From a bacterium (GTDB lineage Bacteria > Actinomycetota > Acidimicrobiia > Spongiisociales > JAENVV01), in assembly GCA_024641305.1 (NCBI GenBank), contig JAHEDI010000006.1:24149-88148 (forward strand): a stretch of 64,000 bases of DNA, given 5' to 3'. A program made the translations under genes and the position numbers. Shown here one piece after another: positions 1 through 8,873 of the stretch (position 1 is its first letter; each line of letters begins with the position of its first letter). Below the pieces are notes generated by a model. That model was not told where the DNA came from. It saw only the letters and a list, made by a program, of their open reading frames with translations, and ran no database searches.

Positions 1-1210
1 GGTTCAACATCGGCGCCAACCGGCCATATCCACCGGGTTTGAGAAGGTCGGAACAGACTGTCGCCGGACGCACCCCCATGCCAATCGCCTGGGAAAGGTT
101 CTCTTTGTTGATTCCCGCTGAAAAGCTCACCTGGACGTCTCCTCGGTGACCTTCGACCATGAATGTATCGGGGAGCGCCGAGATAAGTTCGTCGAGAAGT
201 GCCGTGGCCAGAACATGCAACGGTGGACCGGACAAATACATGGGATCATCGGGAAGGAAGTCCTTGTGATTCTCCACGACCAGGGTATTCGTCAGTTTGA
301 TGCCGAACTTGCGTCCCCGTTCTGCGGCATACGACCGCAACTCCTCGATGAGAGTCACCGCACGATCGAATTGCAGGTCATCGGTGAAAGACTGGCGGTT
401 GAGCCGGATATGTTCGTAGCCAAGCTGCTGTTGAACGATCTCACAAACCCGCCCGAAGCCAAGCAACGTCGGGTTGAGCTTCACGATGACATCGAGACCG
501 TGATGATCCATCAGATATTTGGTAATCGACTCGATCTCATTGGGAGGACACCCATGGAAAGTCGACAACGTCACCGTGTCGGCAATACGGGTGGGAAAAG
601 CGATATCCCGTAGGTCATCGAACGACTCGGGAATCAGCGGCCGAAGCCGCTCGATCTCGACGGAGGCGTCCATCATGGACGTGATGAACGCTTCAACCTT
701 CGGACTTGAGATCCCGGCCAGGTCGTAACCAACCGACATGTCGAAGACCAGAGGTCCGGGGTCACGCCCCACATGGGGACGGAGCGGGTCCCACTCTTTG
801 AGGATATGGATCATCATCCACGCCTTGACATATTCTTCGAGCGACTCGTGGACCTGTAATTCCTGGCTCCACTCGATGTTGAAGCCAATCGTCTCCATAT
901 CGATGCACGGTCGGGCGATGTCCAGGTCGTCCATGACCTGGATCGTCTTGAGCTCGAAAAGGCGGGCACCGCCCAACCACGACAAGACAATGTTCTGGGC
1001 TAACTGGCTGTGCGGGCCGGCGGCCGGGCCGATCGGGGTGGCAGCCGGCCTGCCAAGGAACTCGAACGTGAGATCGACATCCGGGTCAGGTTTCCAGTAG
1101 CGAGCCGTCGGCAAATCAAAAATCCGGTTCCGGCTGGCAAATTCATGAGCGACCCGGCGCAACAGCACATCCAGCGGGAATGGGGTAAGCGGTGGAACCT
1201 TGGGGGCCAT
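1..1210 (-). CDS. ygfK: YgfK-like oxidoreductase subunit of a selenium-dependent molybdenum hydroxylase system; N-terminal part only, gene runs off the window start
   Basis: Hand translation of the minus strand from ATG at 1210..1208 (RBS AGGAGAGG 5 nt upstream) stays open to position 1. It is absent from the ORF track because no stop falls in the window. Product matches the E. coli YgfK N-terminal DHOD/DHPD-like region (ATPIGPAAGPHSQLAQNIV, LFELKTIQV, TLSTFHGCPPNEIE, VKLNPTLLGF, DLLKPGGYGRL). Confidence 0.75.
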   Translation of the reverse strand, partial: MAPKVPPLTPFPLDVLLRRVAHEFASRNRIFDLPTARYWKPDPDVDLTFEFLGRPAATPIGPAAGPHSQLAQNIVLSWLGGARLFELKTIQVMDDLDIARPCIDMETIGFNIEWSQELQVHESLEEYVKAWMMIHILKEWDPLRPHVGRDPGPLVFDMSVGYDLAGISSPKVEAFITSMMDASVEIERLRPLIPESFDDLRDIAFPTRIADTVTLSTFHGCPPNEIESITKYLMDHHGLDVIVKLNPTLLGFGRVCEIVQQQLGYEHIRLNRQSFTDDLQFDRAVTLIEELRSYAAERGRKFGIKLTNTLVVENHKDFLPDDPMYLSGPPLHVLATALLDELISALPDTFMVEGHRGDVQVSFSAGINKENLSQAIGMGVRPATVCSDLLKPGGYGRLAPMLN

Positions 1211-1221
1211 GATTTCCTCTC

Positions 1222-2241
1222 CTAAAGCCGGGCGTGGAGGCGGGCAGCCTGTTCGGATGCTTTGGCGCGAATCTCGACGGGATCGACCATGGTTGGAACC
1301 CCATCTTCGAGGACCACCTGGCCGTCGACTTCGACCCGGATGGGTCTGACCCCCGATGTAAACGCCAGATGCCAGGGATCCATCGGCTGATAAGACCAGG
1401 TAACCAAATCCTCTTTGGCTTCTGGCATGAGGTCCCAGCCGGTCTCAAGCCACGACCAGGCCGAGTCTGGAGAAGCGGTAACGTCGACCGACCGCTGCAT
1501 GACGTAGGCAAGCCGGAACGATTCAATGACGTTGCCCCCGATCCCATCGGTCCCGAGAGCGACCGGGTTGCCAAACCGAGCGGGGTTGGCATACCCAACC
1601 GCGTTGTTCAGATTCGACATGGGATTGTGCAGGATCGTGCCGTTCAATTCATGGTCGGTGGGTAGGTGCACACAATGCGCCAGCAGCCACTTGTCATTCG
1701 TGAGACCTTCGAGCTTGGCGGGGGCATCACGATCTTCGGGCCCCTCACAGACATGTATATGGACGCCCACCCCCAACTCGTCGGCCAGGTCGGCAGCCGC
1801 GGTCAAGGTCTCCTGAGAACACGTGAACGAGGCGTGAATCCCGACCAGCCCGTTGCCGCCCTCGGAAATGAAGCGACGATTCTCTTCGATCCCCCGCCGC
1901 GCCCCATCGGGTCCGTGACGATCCGTCACACCATAGGCAGTAAGGGCCCGGACTCCCACCTCGGCGCAGGCCTTGGCAACCACCGACAAGCTACCTTCGA
2001 TGGCGTTGGGAGATTCATGATGATCGATGATGCCGGTGGTTCCGGCTTCAAGGGCCTCGAGGGCGGCCAACTTGGCAGACCACTCGATCATGTCAAGATC
2101 CAGGGCGGTGTCGAGACGCCACCAGATCTGCTCCAGAATTCCCTGAAAGGTCGTGGCTGTCTTGGGAGGAGCAGGCATCCCGCGCGCCAGCGCCGAGTAC
2201 AAGTGGTGATGGGCGCAGACGAGACCGGGTGTCGTATCCAC
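1222..2241 (-). CDS. ssnA: SsnA-like amidohydrolase (chlorohydrolase/aminohydrolase superfamily), N-terminally short
   Basis: 339 aa ORF. Aligns well with E. coli SsnA from about residue 57 (GLVCAHHHLYSALARGM, IWWRLDTALD, IIDHHESP, ALGTDGIG). GTG start with an in-frame TAA directly upstream. Confidence 0.8.
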   Translation of the reverse strand: MDTTPGLVCAHHHLYSALARGMPAPPKTATTFQGILEQIWWRLDTALDLDMIEWSAKLAALEALEAGTTGIIDHHESPNAIEGSLSVVAKACAEVGVRALTAYGVTDRHGPDGARRGIEENRRFISEGGNGLVGIHASFTCSQETLTAAADLADELGVGVHIHVCEGPEDRDAPAKLEGLTNDKWLLAHCVHLPTDHELNGTILHNPMSNLNNAVGYANPARFGNPVALGTDGIGGNVIESFRLAYVMQRSVDVTASPDSAWSWLETGWDLMPEAKEDLVTWSYQPMDPWHLAFTSGVRPIRVEVDGQVVLEDGVPTMVDPVEIRAKASEQAARLHARL

Positions 2242-2276
2242 TTAGCCGGCTTTCAGGCCAGTGATCGCCTGCTCGG

Positions 2277-4874
2277 TCATGACAAATCGACCGGTGAGTG
2301 CGTATTGATCGGAAGCCGGCTCCGGCGGATCCCGTCGACTTCGTAGAGGGCCTGGGAGACCGCGCCGGCGGTCGGTACGAGTCCGATTTCTCCGACCCCT
2401 TTGATCCCGAATGGTGCTCTGGGCTGAGGTGCCTCCACGAGAATGACTTCGATTTCGGGAACGTCCTTGGGACGAAGGATCCCGAGGCTGCGCAACGTCA
2501 TGTTGGTCGGTCGACCGTCGGCGTCGGTTGGGAAATCTTCGGTGAGGGCATACCCGAGGCCCATATGAACCGCGCCTTCCACTTGCCCTTTACACAGCAG
2601 CGGGTTAACAGCCCGGCCGACATCGTGGGCGGCCACCACCTTCTCGATGTTTCCTGTTGACTTATCGGCGATCACGATTTGGGCCGCGTAGCCAAAAGCT
2701 GAGTGAAGTATCGGATTCTCGAGTCCATCGGAAAGCTTGTTCGTCCAATCGACCCGGTACTCGCCCTCGTAATCGATGCCGACCTGGCAGCCATCGGCTA
2801 GCGCCGCCTGGCAGGCAGCTTGCACCGACCCGGCCCCCATGAGCGTGCCCCGTGAGCCGGTCGTCTGACCTGCCCCGAGTTCCCGGGTGGTGTCGACCAC
2901 CACCCTGATGCGGTTGGCTTCGATTCCGAGCTCCTCGGCGGCGACCTGCATGGCGACGGTGTGTACCCCCTGGCCCATTTCAGTCCAGCAATGCCGCACT
3001 TCGACGATGCCGTCTTCTTCGAAGCGGACGACCGCCCGAGCCACCTCGAGGAAGCCGTTGCCGAGTCCGGAGTTCTTGAGCGCCAATCCAAGCCCGACCG
3101 CTTTGCCGGCCGCCCTGGCTTCGTCATAGGGACCCTTGATCGCTTCCAAACAGAGTCGGACCCCGGTCGAACCATCATCCATGATCTGGCCGGGCCCCCA
3201 CACCACTCCGGGTTCGATGGCATTGCGGCTCCGAATTTCCCAGCCGCTGATGCCGACCTGCTCGGCCAGCCGATCCATAACCCCTTCCATGGCGAATTGC
3301 GCCTGGTTGGCTCCGAACCCGCGGAATGCCCCGCACACCGAGTTGTTGGTCCGAACCGCGGTTGCTTTTACGTCGATGTTTGGCACAACGTATGGTCCGC
3401 TGGCGTGACCGGCCGCCCGTTCAAGAACCTTCATGCCGACCGAGGCGTATGGCCCAGAATCGCCGATCATGCGGACCTTGAGTCCGACCAGTTTGCCGTT
3501 CTCGTCGCATCCCGCCCGGGTCTCGATCCGAATCGGATGCCGCTTGGCATGCATGAAAAAACTCTGTTCGCGCGTGAGGGTGCACTTGACCGGCCGACCA
3601 GACAAGTAGGCGGCCAGGGCCGTCTGGGCCTGATTCGACATGTCTTCTTTGCCACCGAACGCTCCCCCATTCGACACCAATTCGACGGTGATCGATTCCC
3701 GGTCAACCCCGAGGACGGCGGCGATCTGGTCGCGGTCGTCCCAGACTCCCTGTCCACCGGAATACACGTGGAGTCCGGACCCGGCCGGCACTGCCAGGGT
3801 CGACTCTGGTTCCAGAAACGCCTGCTCTACACGCTGGGTCACAAAGAGTTCGTCGACAGTGAATGCTGCCCCGGCGAGGGCCTGATCCACGTCGCCCCGG
3901 ACATACTCCGAGACCGAAAGCTGGTTTCCGTCCAAGCCCCACACGGCATCTTCGTCGTTGAGCGCCGTCATCGGATCGGTGATCGGTGTAAGCACGGTAT
4001 AGGACACATCGATAAGGTCGGCAGCCTGGCGGGCGGTCTGCTGGTCCTCAGCGACGACAATCGCCAGGACATCCCCGAGATAGGAGGTTCGACCTCCCAC
4101 CGGGATGAACACCGGCCAATCCTTATGGATGATTCCCACTCGCAGGTCACCAGGGACATCTGCCCCGGTGTAAATGGCGATCACGCCAGGCAACGCGTGA
4201 GCGGCTTGGGTGTCGATCGACAAGACATCGGCGCGGGCGTGGTCGGCTAGCCGGAGGGCCCCGTGCGCCATTGCGGGCACCCGCAAATCATCGACGTAAC
4301 CACGATCGCCGAGGGCCAACGCTTCCGACTCATATTTGACACTTGAGACGCCGATGCCACCCTCGACGGCGACCGCCGGAATATCTACCCCAGATGCCAA
4401 CAGTTCGATCGCCTCGACGATCCCGACATACCCGGTGCAGCGACACAGATGGGCGCCCAACCGTCCCTCGATGGTGGCGCGATCAAGATCCGGGCCCTTT
4501 TGATCGATGAGGGCTTTGGCGCGAACCAAAATGCCGGGAGTACAAAACCCGCATTGAAGAGCACCCTTGGCGGCAAACCCGCGCGCCAGGCGGTCACGTT
4601 CGTCCTCGTCGAATCCTTCGAGCGTGAGCACTTCTTTTCCGGCAGCCTTCTCCATCGAAACAAGACACGCCTGAATCGCCTTACCGTCGAGGAGAATCGT
4701 GCAGCAGCCACACTGGCCTTGTGGCGCACATCCGTCCTTGGCCGAGGTGATACCGACCTCTTCTCGGAGGGCGGCGAGAAGGTGGGGATGATGCATGCCG
4801 ACCTCGATCGGCCGGCCATTCACGATCAGGCTGGCCTTTTCGGTGGTACGAACATAAACCGGGGTGGCGGTCAT
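2277..4874 (-). CDS. Xanthine dehydrogenase-family molybdenum hydroxylase with a fused N-terminal 2Fe-2S ferredoxin domain (XdhD-like)
   Basis: 865 aa ORF. N-terminus carries plant-type and second 2Fe-2S cysteine motifs (GCCTILLDGKAIQAC, QCGFCTPG), followed by a large aldehyde oxidase/xanthine dehydrogenase MoCo-binding region. Sits next to ssnA and ygfK as in E. coli. Confidence 0.85.
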   Translation of the reverse strand: MTATPVYVRTTEKASLIVNGRPIEVGMHHPHLLAALREEVGITSAKDGCAPQGQCGCCTILLDGKAIQACLVSMEKAAGKEVLTLEGFDEDERDRLARGFAAKGALQCGFCTPGILVRAKALIDQKGPDLDRATIEGRLGAHLCRCTGYVGIVEAIELLASGVDIPAVAVEGGIGVSSVKYESEALALGDRGYVDDLRVPAMAHGALRLADHARADVLSIDTQAAHALPGVIAIYTGADVPGDLRVGIIHKDWPVFIPVGGRTSYLGDVLAIVVAEDQQTARQAADLIDVSYTVLTPITDPMTALNDEDAVWGLDGNQLSVSEYVRGDVDQALAGAAFTVDELFVTQRVEQAFLEPESTLAVPAGSGLHVYSGGQGVWDDRDQIAAVLGVDRESITVELVSNGGAFGGKEDMSNQAQTALAAYLSGRPVKCTLTREQSFFMHAKRHPIRIETRAGCDENGKLVGLKVRMIGDSGPYASVGMKVLERAAGHASGPYVVPNIDVKATAVRTNNSVCGAFRGFGANQAQFAMEGVMDRLAEQVGISGWEIRSRNAIEPGVVWGPGQIMDDGSTGVRLCLEAIKGPYDEARAAGKAVGLGLALKNSGLGNGFLEVARAVVRFEEDGIVEVRHCWTEMGQGVHTVAMQVAAEELGIEANRIRVVVDTTRELGAGQTTGSRGTLMGAGSVQAACQAALADGCQVGIDYEGEYRVDWTNKLSDGLENPILHSAFGYAAQIVIADKSTGNIEKVVAAHDVGRAVNPLLCKGQVEGAVHMGLGYALTEDFPTDADGRPTNMTLRSLGILRPKDVPEIEVILVEAPQPRAPFGIKGVGEIGLVPTAGAVSQALYEVDGIRRSRLPINTHSPVDLS

Positions 4875-5827
4875 ACCCCATCTCCGCTCCGGGCCACGCC
4901 GCGTTGTTCGGTGATCCGTCTGTAGGCGGCCGGTACCCGGTAGCGCTCGAAATCGAACAAGGTGGTCTTGTAAAATCGGGTGTGGTCAAGGTCAATTCTG
5001 GCGACGATCACTTCGTCGCCGGTGGTGATCGCCTGAGCGATGATTTGTCCCGATGGGGCAATGATGACCGACTGGGCGAGAGATTCGACCCCTTCTTCAA
5101 ATCCACCTTTGGCAACTCCGACGACGTACGTCCCGTTCTGATAGGCACCGGCTTGCATGACGAGATGATTATGGAATGCCTGGAGCGGGTTCTGAGTGGG
5201 ATCCGGGGCATACGCCAGGGGGGTGTTGTACCCGATGAGAATGAGTTCGACTCCTTGCAGGCCCATCACCCGATAGGTTTCCGACCAGCGCCGATCGTTG
5301 CAGAGCGCCATACCAACGATCCCACCGAAGGCCTCCGAAACGGGAAAGTCGTCGCCCGGAGTGAAGTAATGGCGCTCCGCATGCTGAAACTGGCGCCACG
5401 GTTCATGCTCGGCATGCCCGGGAATGTGCACTTTTTCGAACACGTTGACCGTTTCCCCATGCGGGTCGACCAGGTGATACACGTTGTGTCTCTGGCCATT
5501 TTCACCGAGCCGCGCATAGCCAAGCGCAAACCCGATCCCGAGCCGCCGAGCCTCATCCCACAAAGGCTTGGTGTAACGATTGGGCATCTCGCGCTCGTAG
5601 AAGTGGTCGGCCTCCTCAAGGGGCATGTGCCACCGCGGAAAGAACGTGGTCAAGGCCAGCTCGGGAAAGGCCACCAGCTCAGCCCCGAGCTCTGACGCAT
5701 CCTGAAGCATCACAATCAAGCGATCAACCACCTCATCGCGAGAGGTGTCACGCTGAACCGGTCCCATCTGGGCTGCGGCGAGGGTCAGTGAACGGGACAT
5801 GCCTGGACTATACCGGACCGGCCACAC
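4871..5827 (-). CDS. Carbon-nitrogen hydrolase, N-carbamoyl-D-amino-acid hydrolase (D-carbamoylase)-like
   Basis: 318 aa. FPELALTTFFPRWH, CNDRRWSE and GYNTP motifs match D-carbamoylases. Overlaps the XDH start by 4 nt. Confidence 0.8.
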   Translation of the reverse strand: MWPVRYSPGMSRSLTLAAAQMGPVQRDTSRDEVVDRLIVMLQDASELGAELVAFPELALTTFFPRWHMPLEEADHFYEREMPNRYTKPLWDEARRLGIGFALGYARLGENGQRHNVYHLVDPHGETVNVFEKVHIPGHAEHEPWRQFQHAERHYFTPGDDFPVSEAFGGIVGMALCNDRRWSETYRVMGLQGVELILIGYNTPLAYAPDPTQNPLQAFHNHLVMQAGAYQNGTYVVGVAKGGFEEGVESLAQSVIIAPSGQIIAQAITTGDEVIVARIDLDHTRFYKTTLFDFERYRVPAAYRRITEQRGVARSGDGV

Positions 5828-5866
5828 CAGCCTTATACAAAAGGTAAAGGTTTGGTGGACCCATGA

Positions 5867-6820
5867 TCAAGTTTCCGTCAACGACGTAAAACGGGTGCCC
5901 GCCTCTCCTGCCATGGCAGCTTCAATGCGCGACGGCGACGTGACGATGGCCTCCGCACCGCCCGCGTCGAGAAAAGCCAGGATCGCACGGATCTTCGGCT
6001 CCATACTCCCCGCTCGAAAATGAATGCCTTCGCCGAGATAGCGACGGGCATCCTCCCGCGTGAGATGATCAACCCATCGCTGATCGGGTTGGCCGAAGTT
6101 CAGGGCTACCTGTTCGACCGAAGTCGATATGAGAAGGAGATCGGCCCCGAGCTCACTGGCGAGCAGCGCCGAGGCGTGATCTTTGTCAATCACCGCCGGC
6201 ACCCCGACCAACGTCCCATCGGGGCCCGCTACTACCGGGATACCCCCACCGCCGGCGGCGATCACGACGTACCCCGCCTCAACCAGCCGAGCTACCGCGT
6301 CCAACTCCACGATTCGAAGCGGATGAGGCGATGCGACCACTCGGCGCCAGCCCCGACCGGCGTCCTCCATCACGTCCCATCCGTCAACGCGATGCCGCTC
6401 ACCGGCCTCAGTCTCTGTCATGAACGCTCCGATTGGTTTGGCCGGATGTTCAAACGCAGGGTCGTCGGCATTGACTTCCACCTGCGTCACAATCGTGACG
6501 ACCCGCTCAGGTAGACCCATCCGTTTGAAGTCGTTCAGAAGATTTTGCTGAAGCAGATACCCGATCGCCCCCTGAGTGTCCGCTCCGCACACCTCAAGCG
6601 GAACCTCGTGCAGTTCGCCGCGCGCCAATTCAGAACGCCGCAGGATGAAGCCGATCTGGGGACCATTGCCGTGGGTCACGACGACATTCCAGCCAGATGC
6701 CACCATGATGGCGATGTGATGATCGGTCTCGGCCGCAGCCAAGTATTGATCCTCCACCGACTGGTGAGCGGGGTCTGTGATGAGACTATTGCCTCCGATT
6801 GCCACTACGGCGATAGGCAT
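5867..6820 (-). CDS. arcC: Carbamate kinase
   Basis: 317 aa. AVVAIGGNSL and THGNGPQIG carbamate-kinase motifs. Counterpart of yqeA in the E. coli ygeW-xdhD region. Confidence 0.9.
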   Translation of the reverse strand: MPIAVVAIGGNSLITDPAHQSVEDQYLAAAETDHHIAIMVASGWNVVVTHGNGPQIGFILRRSELARGELHEVPLEVCGADTQGAIGYLLQQNLLNDFKRMGLPERVVTIVTQVEVNADDPAFEHPAKPIGAFMTETEAGERHRVDGWDVMEDAGRGWRRVVASPHPLRIVELDAVARLVEAGYVVIAAGGGGIPVVAGPDGTLVGVPAVIDKDHASALLASELGADLLLISTSVEQVALNFGQPDQRWVDHLTREDARRYLGEGIHFRAGSMEPKIRAILAFLDAGGAEAIVTSPSRIEAAMAGEAGTRFTSLTET

Positions 6821-6827
6821 GGTCCGC

Positions 6828-7799
6828 TCACATCGTCAAGGCCATGGCGGCCTTCTGGACATGGAGACGATTCTCGGCCTGGTCGTATACGACGCTGTGC
6901 GACCCATCAATGACCTCATCGGACACCTCCAGGTTCCTGTCGGCCGGGAGCGGATGCATGTAGATGGCCTTCGGATCGGCCATGGCGAGCCGTTCGGCAT
7001 CAACCATCCAGTTCGTATACCGGCCGCTGATGTCGGCGGATTCCTCTTCGCTGACGGTGGTCAAAGCTCCCCAAGACTTGGCATATACGACGTCTGCTCC
7101 CCCGAGACCATCCTCGAATGACTCGACCACATCGAGGGTGCCTCCCGAGGCCCGGGCGTTGGCCGCAGCCTGGGCCATGATGTCTTCTTCGAGTGCGAAC
7201 TCGGGTGGGCGGGCGAGTCGGACCTTCATTCCGAATCGCGTGGCCAAAAGCACAAGGCTCTGCGCAACGGAAATCGGCTTCTGATAGCTCGCCGCGTGGG
7301 CATAACTCACGTCGAGTGTCAGGTGTCGGGGATCTCCCTTCTTCTCCATGATCGTCATCACGTCGGCCAGTGCCTGGAACGGGTGGTAGCGGTCACACTG
7401 CATGTTGAGCACTGGCACCCGCGAGGCCTTCGCTACTTCGCGTATGTAGTTGTTGCCCACCCCCCAATCGACGTTGCGAATCGCCAGCCCGGAGGTGTAT
7501 CGCCCCAGAATGTCTCCGATTTCCTTGGCAGTATCACCATGGGAGATCTGGGTGGATTTGGCCTCCATGAACATGGCGTGGCCACCCAATTGGGCCATGC
7601 CCGCTTCGAAACTCGCCCTAGTCCTGGTCGACGAGAAGAAGAACAGCATCGTCAGGACTTTGTCCCGCAACAACGGGTGCGGCTCACCCATCGCCTGCTG
7701 GAGCTTCAGATGTTTGGCGGCCGCGAACAACGTTTCGAGCTCTTCGACCGACCAGTCCTGGGTGGTAATCAAGTCACGGCCACGGACATCGGTGATCAT
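6828..7799 (-). CDS. ygeW: YgeW-like carbamoyltransferase (aspartate/ornithine carbamoyltransferase superfamily)
   Basis: STRTR motif present. Start moved to the internal ATG at 7799, which overlaps the stop of the upstream carbamoyltransferase as ATGA; this avoids the 73-nt overlap implied by the ORF track. Confidence 0.7.
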   Translation of the reverse strand: MITDVRGRDLITTQDWSVEELETLFAAAKHLKLQQAMGEPHPLLRDKVLTMLFFFSSTRTRASFEAGMAQLGGHAMFMEAKSTQISHGDTAKEIGDILGRYTSGLAIRNVDWGVGNNYIREVAKASRVPVLNMQCDRYHPFQALADVMTIMEKKGDPRHLTLDVSYAHAASYQKPISVAQSLVLLATRFGMKVRLARPPEFALEEDIMAQAAANARASGGTLDVVESFEDGLGGADVVYAKSWGALTTVSEEESADISGRYTNWMVDAERLAMADPKAIYMHPLPADRNLEVSDEVIDGSHSVVYDQAENRLHVQKAAMALTM

Positions 7800-8749
7800 G
7801 GCGTCGCTCCCAACACCAGCGCCAGCAGCGCCATACGGATCACCAGTCCGTTGTAGGCCTCTTGCCAATACCGGGCATGATGCGTGTCATCCACGTCGGT
7901 CGACAACTCGTCCATCCTTGGCAAGGAATGCAGGACGATCGACGATCGTTTCGCTTTGGTGGCCAGCAATTCGGCGGTGACCTGATATCGAGAATCTGTC
8001 GTACCCAACGAGTCACCACGCTCGTCCCGACTCTTGCCATAGTCGGCCTGGACAACCGGTTCGATGAAGATCACGTCAGCCTCGTTGACAACCTCCCCGA
8101 CGTGCTCGGCTCTACGGAAGCTCAGGCCACGGTCTCTAACCGTCTTGAGCAGCACCTCATCGGGTTCCTCATCGTCCGGGCAAACGTAGATGAGCTCTGC
8201 GTCAAACTGGGTTAGCGCATAGGCGAGAGAGTGCATCGTGCGCATCCGCCAATCTCCGACCGCCACAAACGTCAGGCCATCGACCCGCCCCAGCTCGTTA
8301 CGCACGGTGAAGAGATCGGTCAGGACCTGAGTGGGATGCTCCCCCCAGCCGTCACCACCGTTGATAACCGGAATCGAAGCCCAGCGAGCCATCTCGTGCG
8401 GTGCCCCGATCTGAGGGTGCCTCATGACGATAACGTCACCGTAATACTCCAACATGTGAGCGGTGTCCTTGATCGACTCTTGGTAGAAGTCCCCCGCTCG
8501 AGTCATCTTCGCGTCGGCGAATCCGGTCACCTGGCCTCCCAACCGCAACATCGCTGACTCATGGGCCAGGCGGGTTCTGGTCGAGGCCTGAAAGAACGCG
8601 CTGACGAGAATCTTGCCTGCGAGAAGATCAATAGTTCGTCGGCTTTTGGCGACCGGGTCGAATCGGTCGCCGGCTTCAAACACGGATTCAAAATCTGCCC
8701 GGCTGAAGTCGTCCAGTGACAAAATGTCACGTCCTGCAAATTCGCGCAT
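7796..8749 (-). CDS. Aspartate carbamoyltransferase-family protein (PyrB-like)
   Basis: 317 aa. STRTR, HPTQ and HSLPR motifs. First gene of the long minus-strand operon. Confidence 0.75.
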   Translation of the reverse strand: MREFAGRDILSLDDFSRADFESVFEAGDRFDPVAKSRRTIDLLAGKILVSAFFQASTRTRLAHESAMLRLGGQVTGFADAKMTRAGDFYQESIKDTAHMLEYYGDVIVMRHPQIGAPHEMARWASIPVINGGDGWGEHPTQVLTDLFTVRNELGRVDGLTFVAVGDWRMRTMHSLAYALTQFDAELIYVCPDDEEPDEVLLKTVRDRGLSFRRAEHVGEVVNEADVIFIEPVVQADYGKSRDERGDSLGTTDSRYQVTAELLATKAKRSSIVLHSLPRMDELSTDVDDTHHARYWQEAYNGLVIRMALLALVLGATP

Positions 8750-8852
8750 GACTAACTCCTGGTCGTAGTCGCCCTACTGTGCAACCGTTGACCGAACGGC
8801 GCTAGTGGCATTTGTCATAATCGGCCGGAGGCCTCTCACGGGGGTACAATGC

Positions 8853-8868
8853 CTCCTTGATCAAGGAG
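8853..8868. promoter_or_regulatory. Perfect 16-bp palindrome CTCCTTGATCAAGGAG overlapping the Shine-Dalgarno of the beta-ureidopropionase-like gene
   Basis: Read directly from the sequence. Its reverse complement is identical, and AAGGAG sits 5 nt before ATG 8874. Confidence 0.5.
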
Positions 8869-8873
8869 CAACT

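Noticed and set aside
2961-4250. 429-aa plus-strand ORF inside the xanthine dehydrogenase-family gene
   Set aside because: Antisense shadow ORF typical of high-GC DNA. The opposite strand has strong homology-supported coding, and its own product is low-complexity.
8805-8873. Upstream extension of the beta-ureidopropionase-like ORF (MAFVIIGRRPLTGVQCLLDQGAT)
   Set aside because: No RBS. It runs through the divergent promoter and palindrome. ATG 8874 has a perfect SD.
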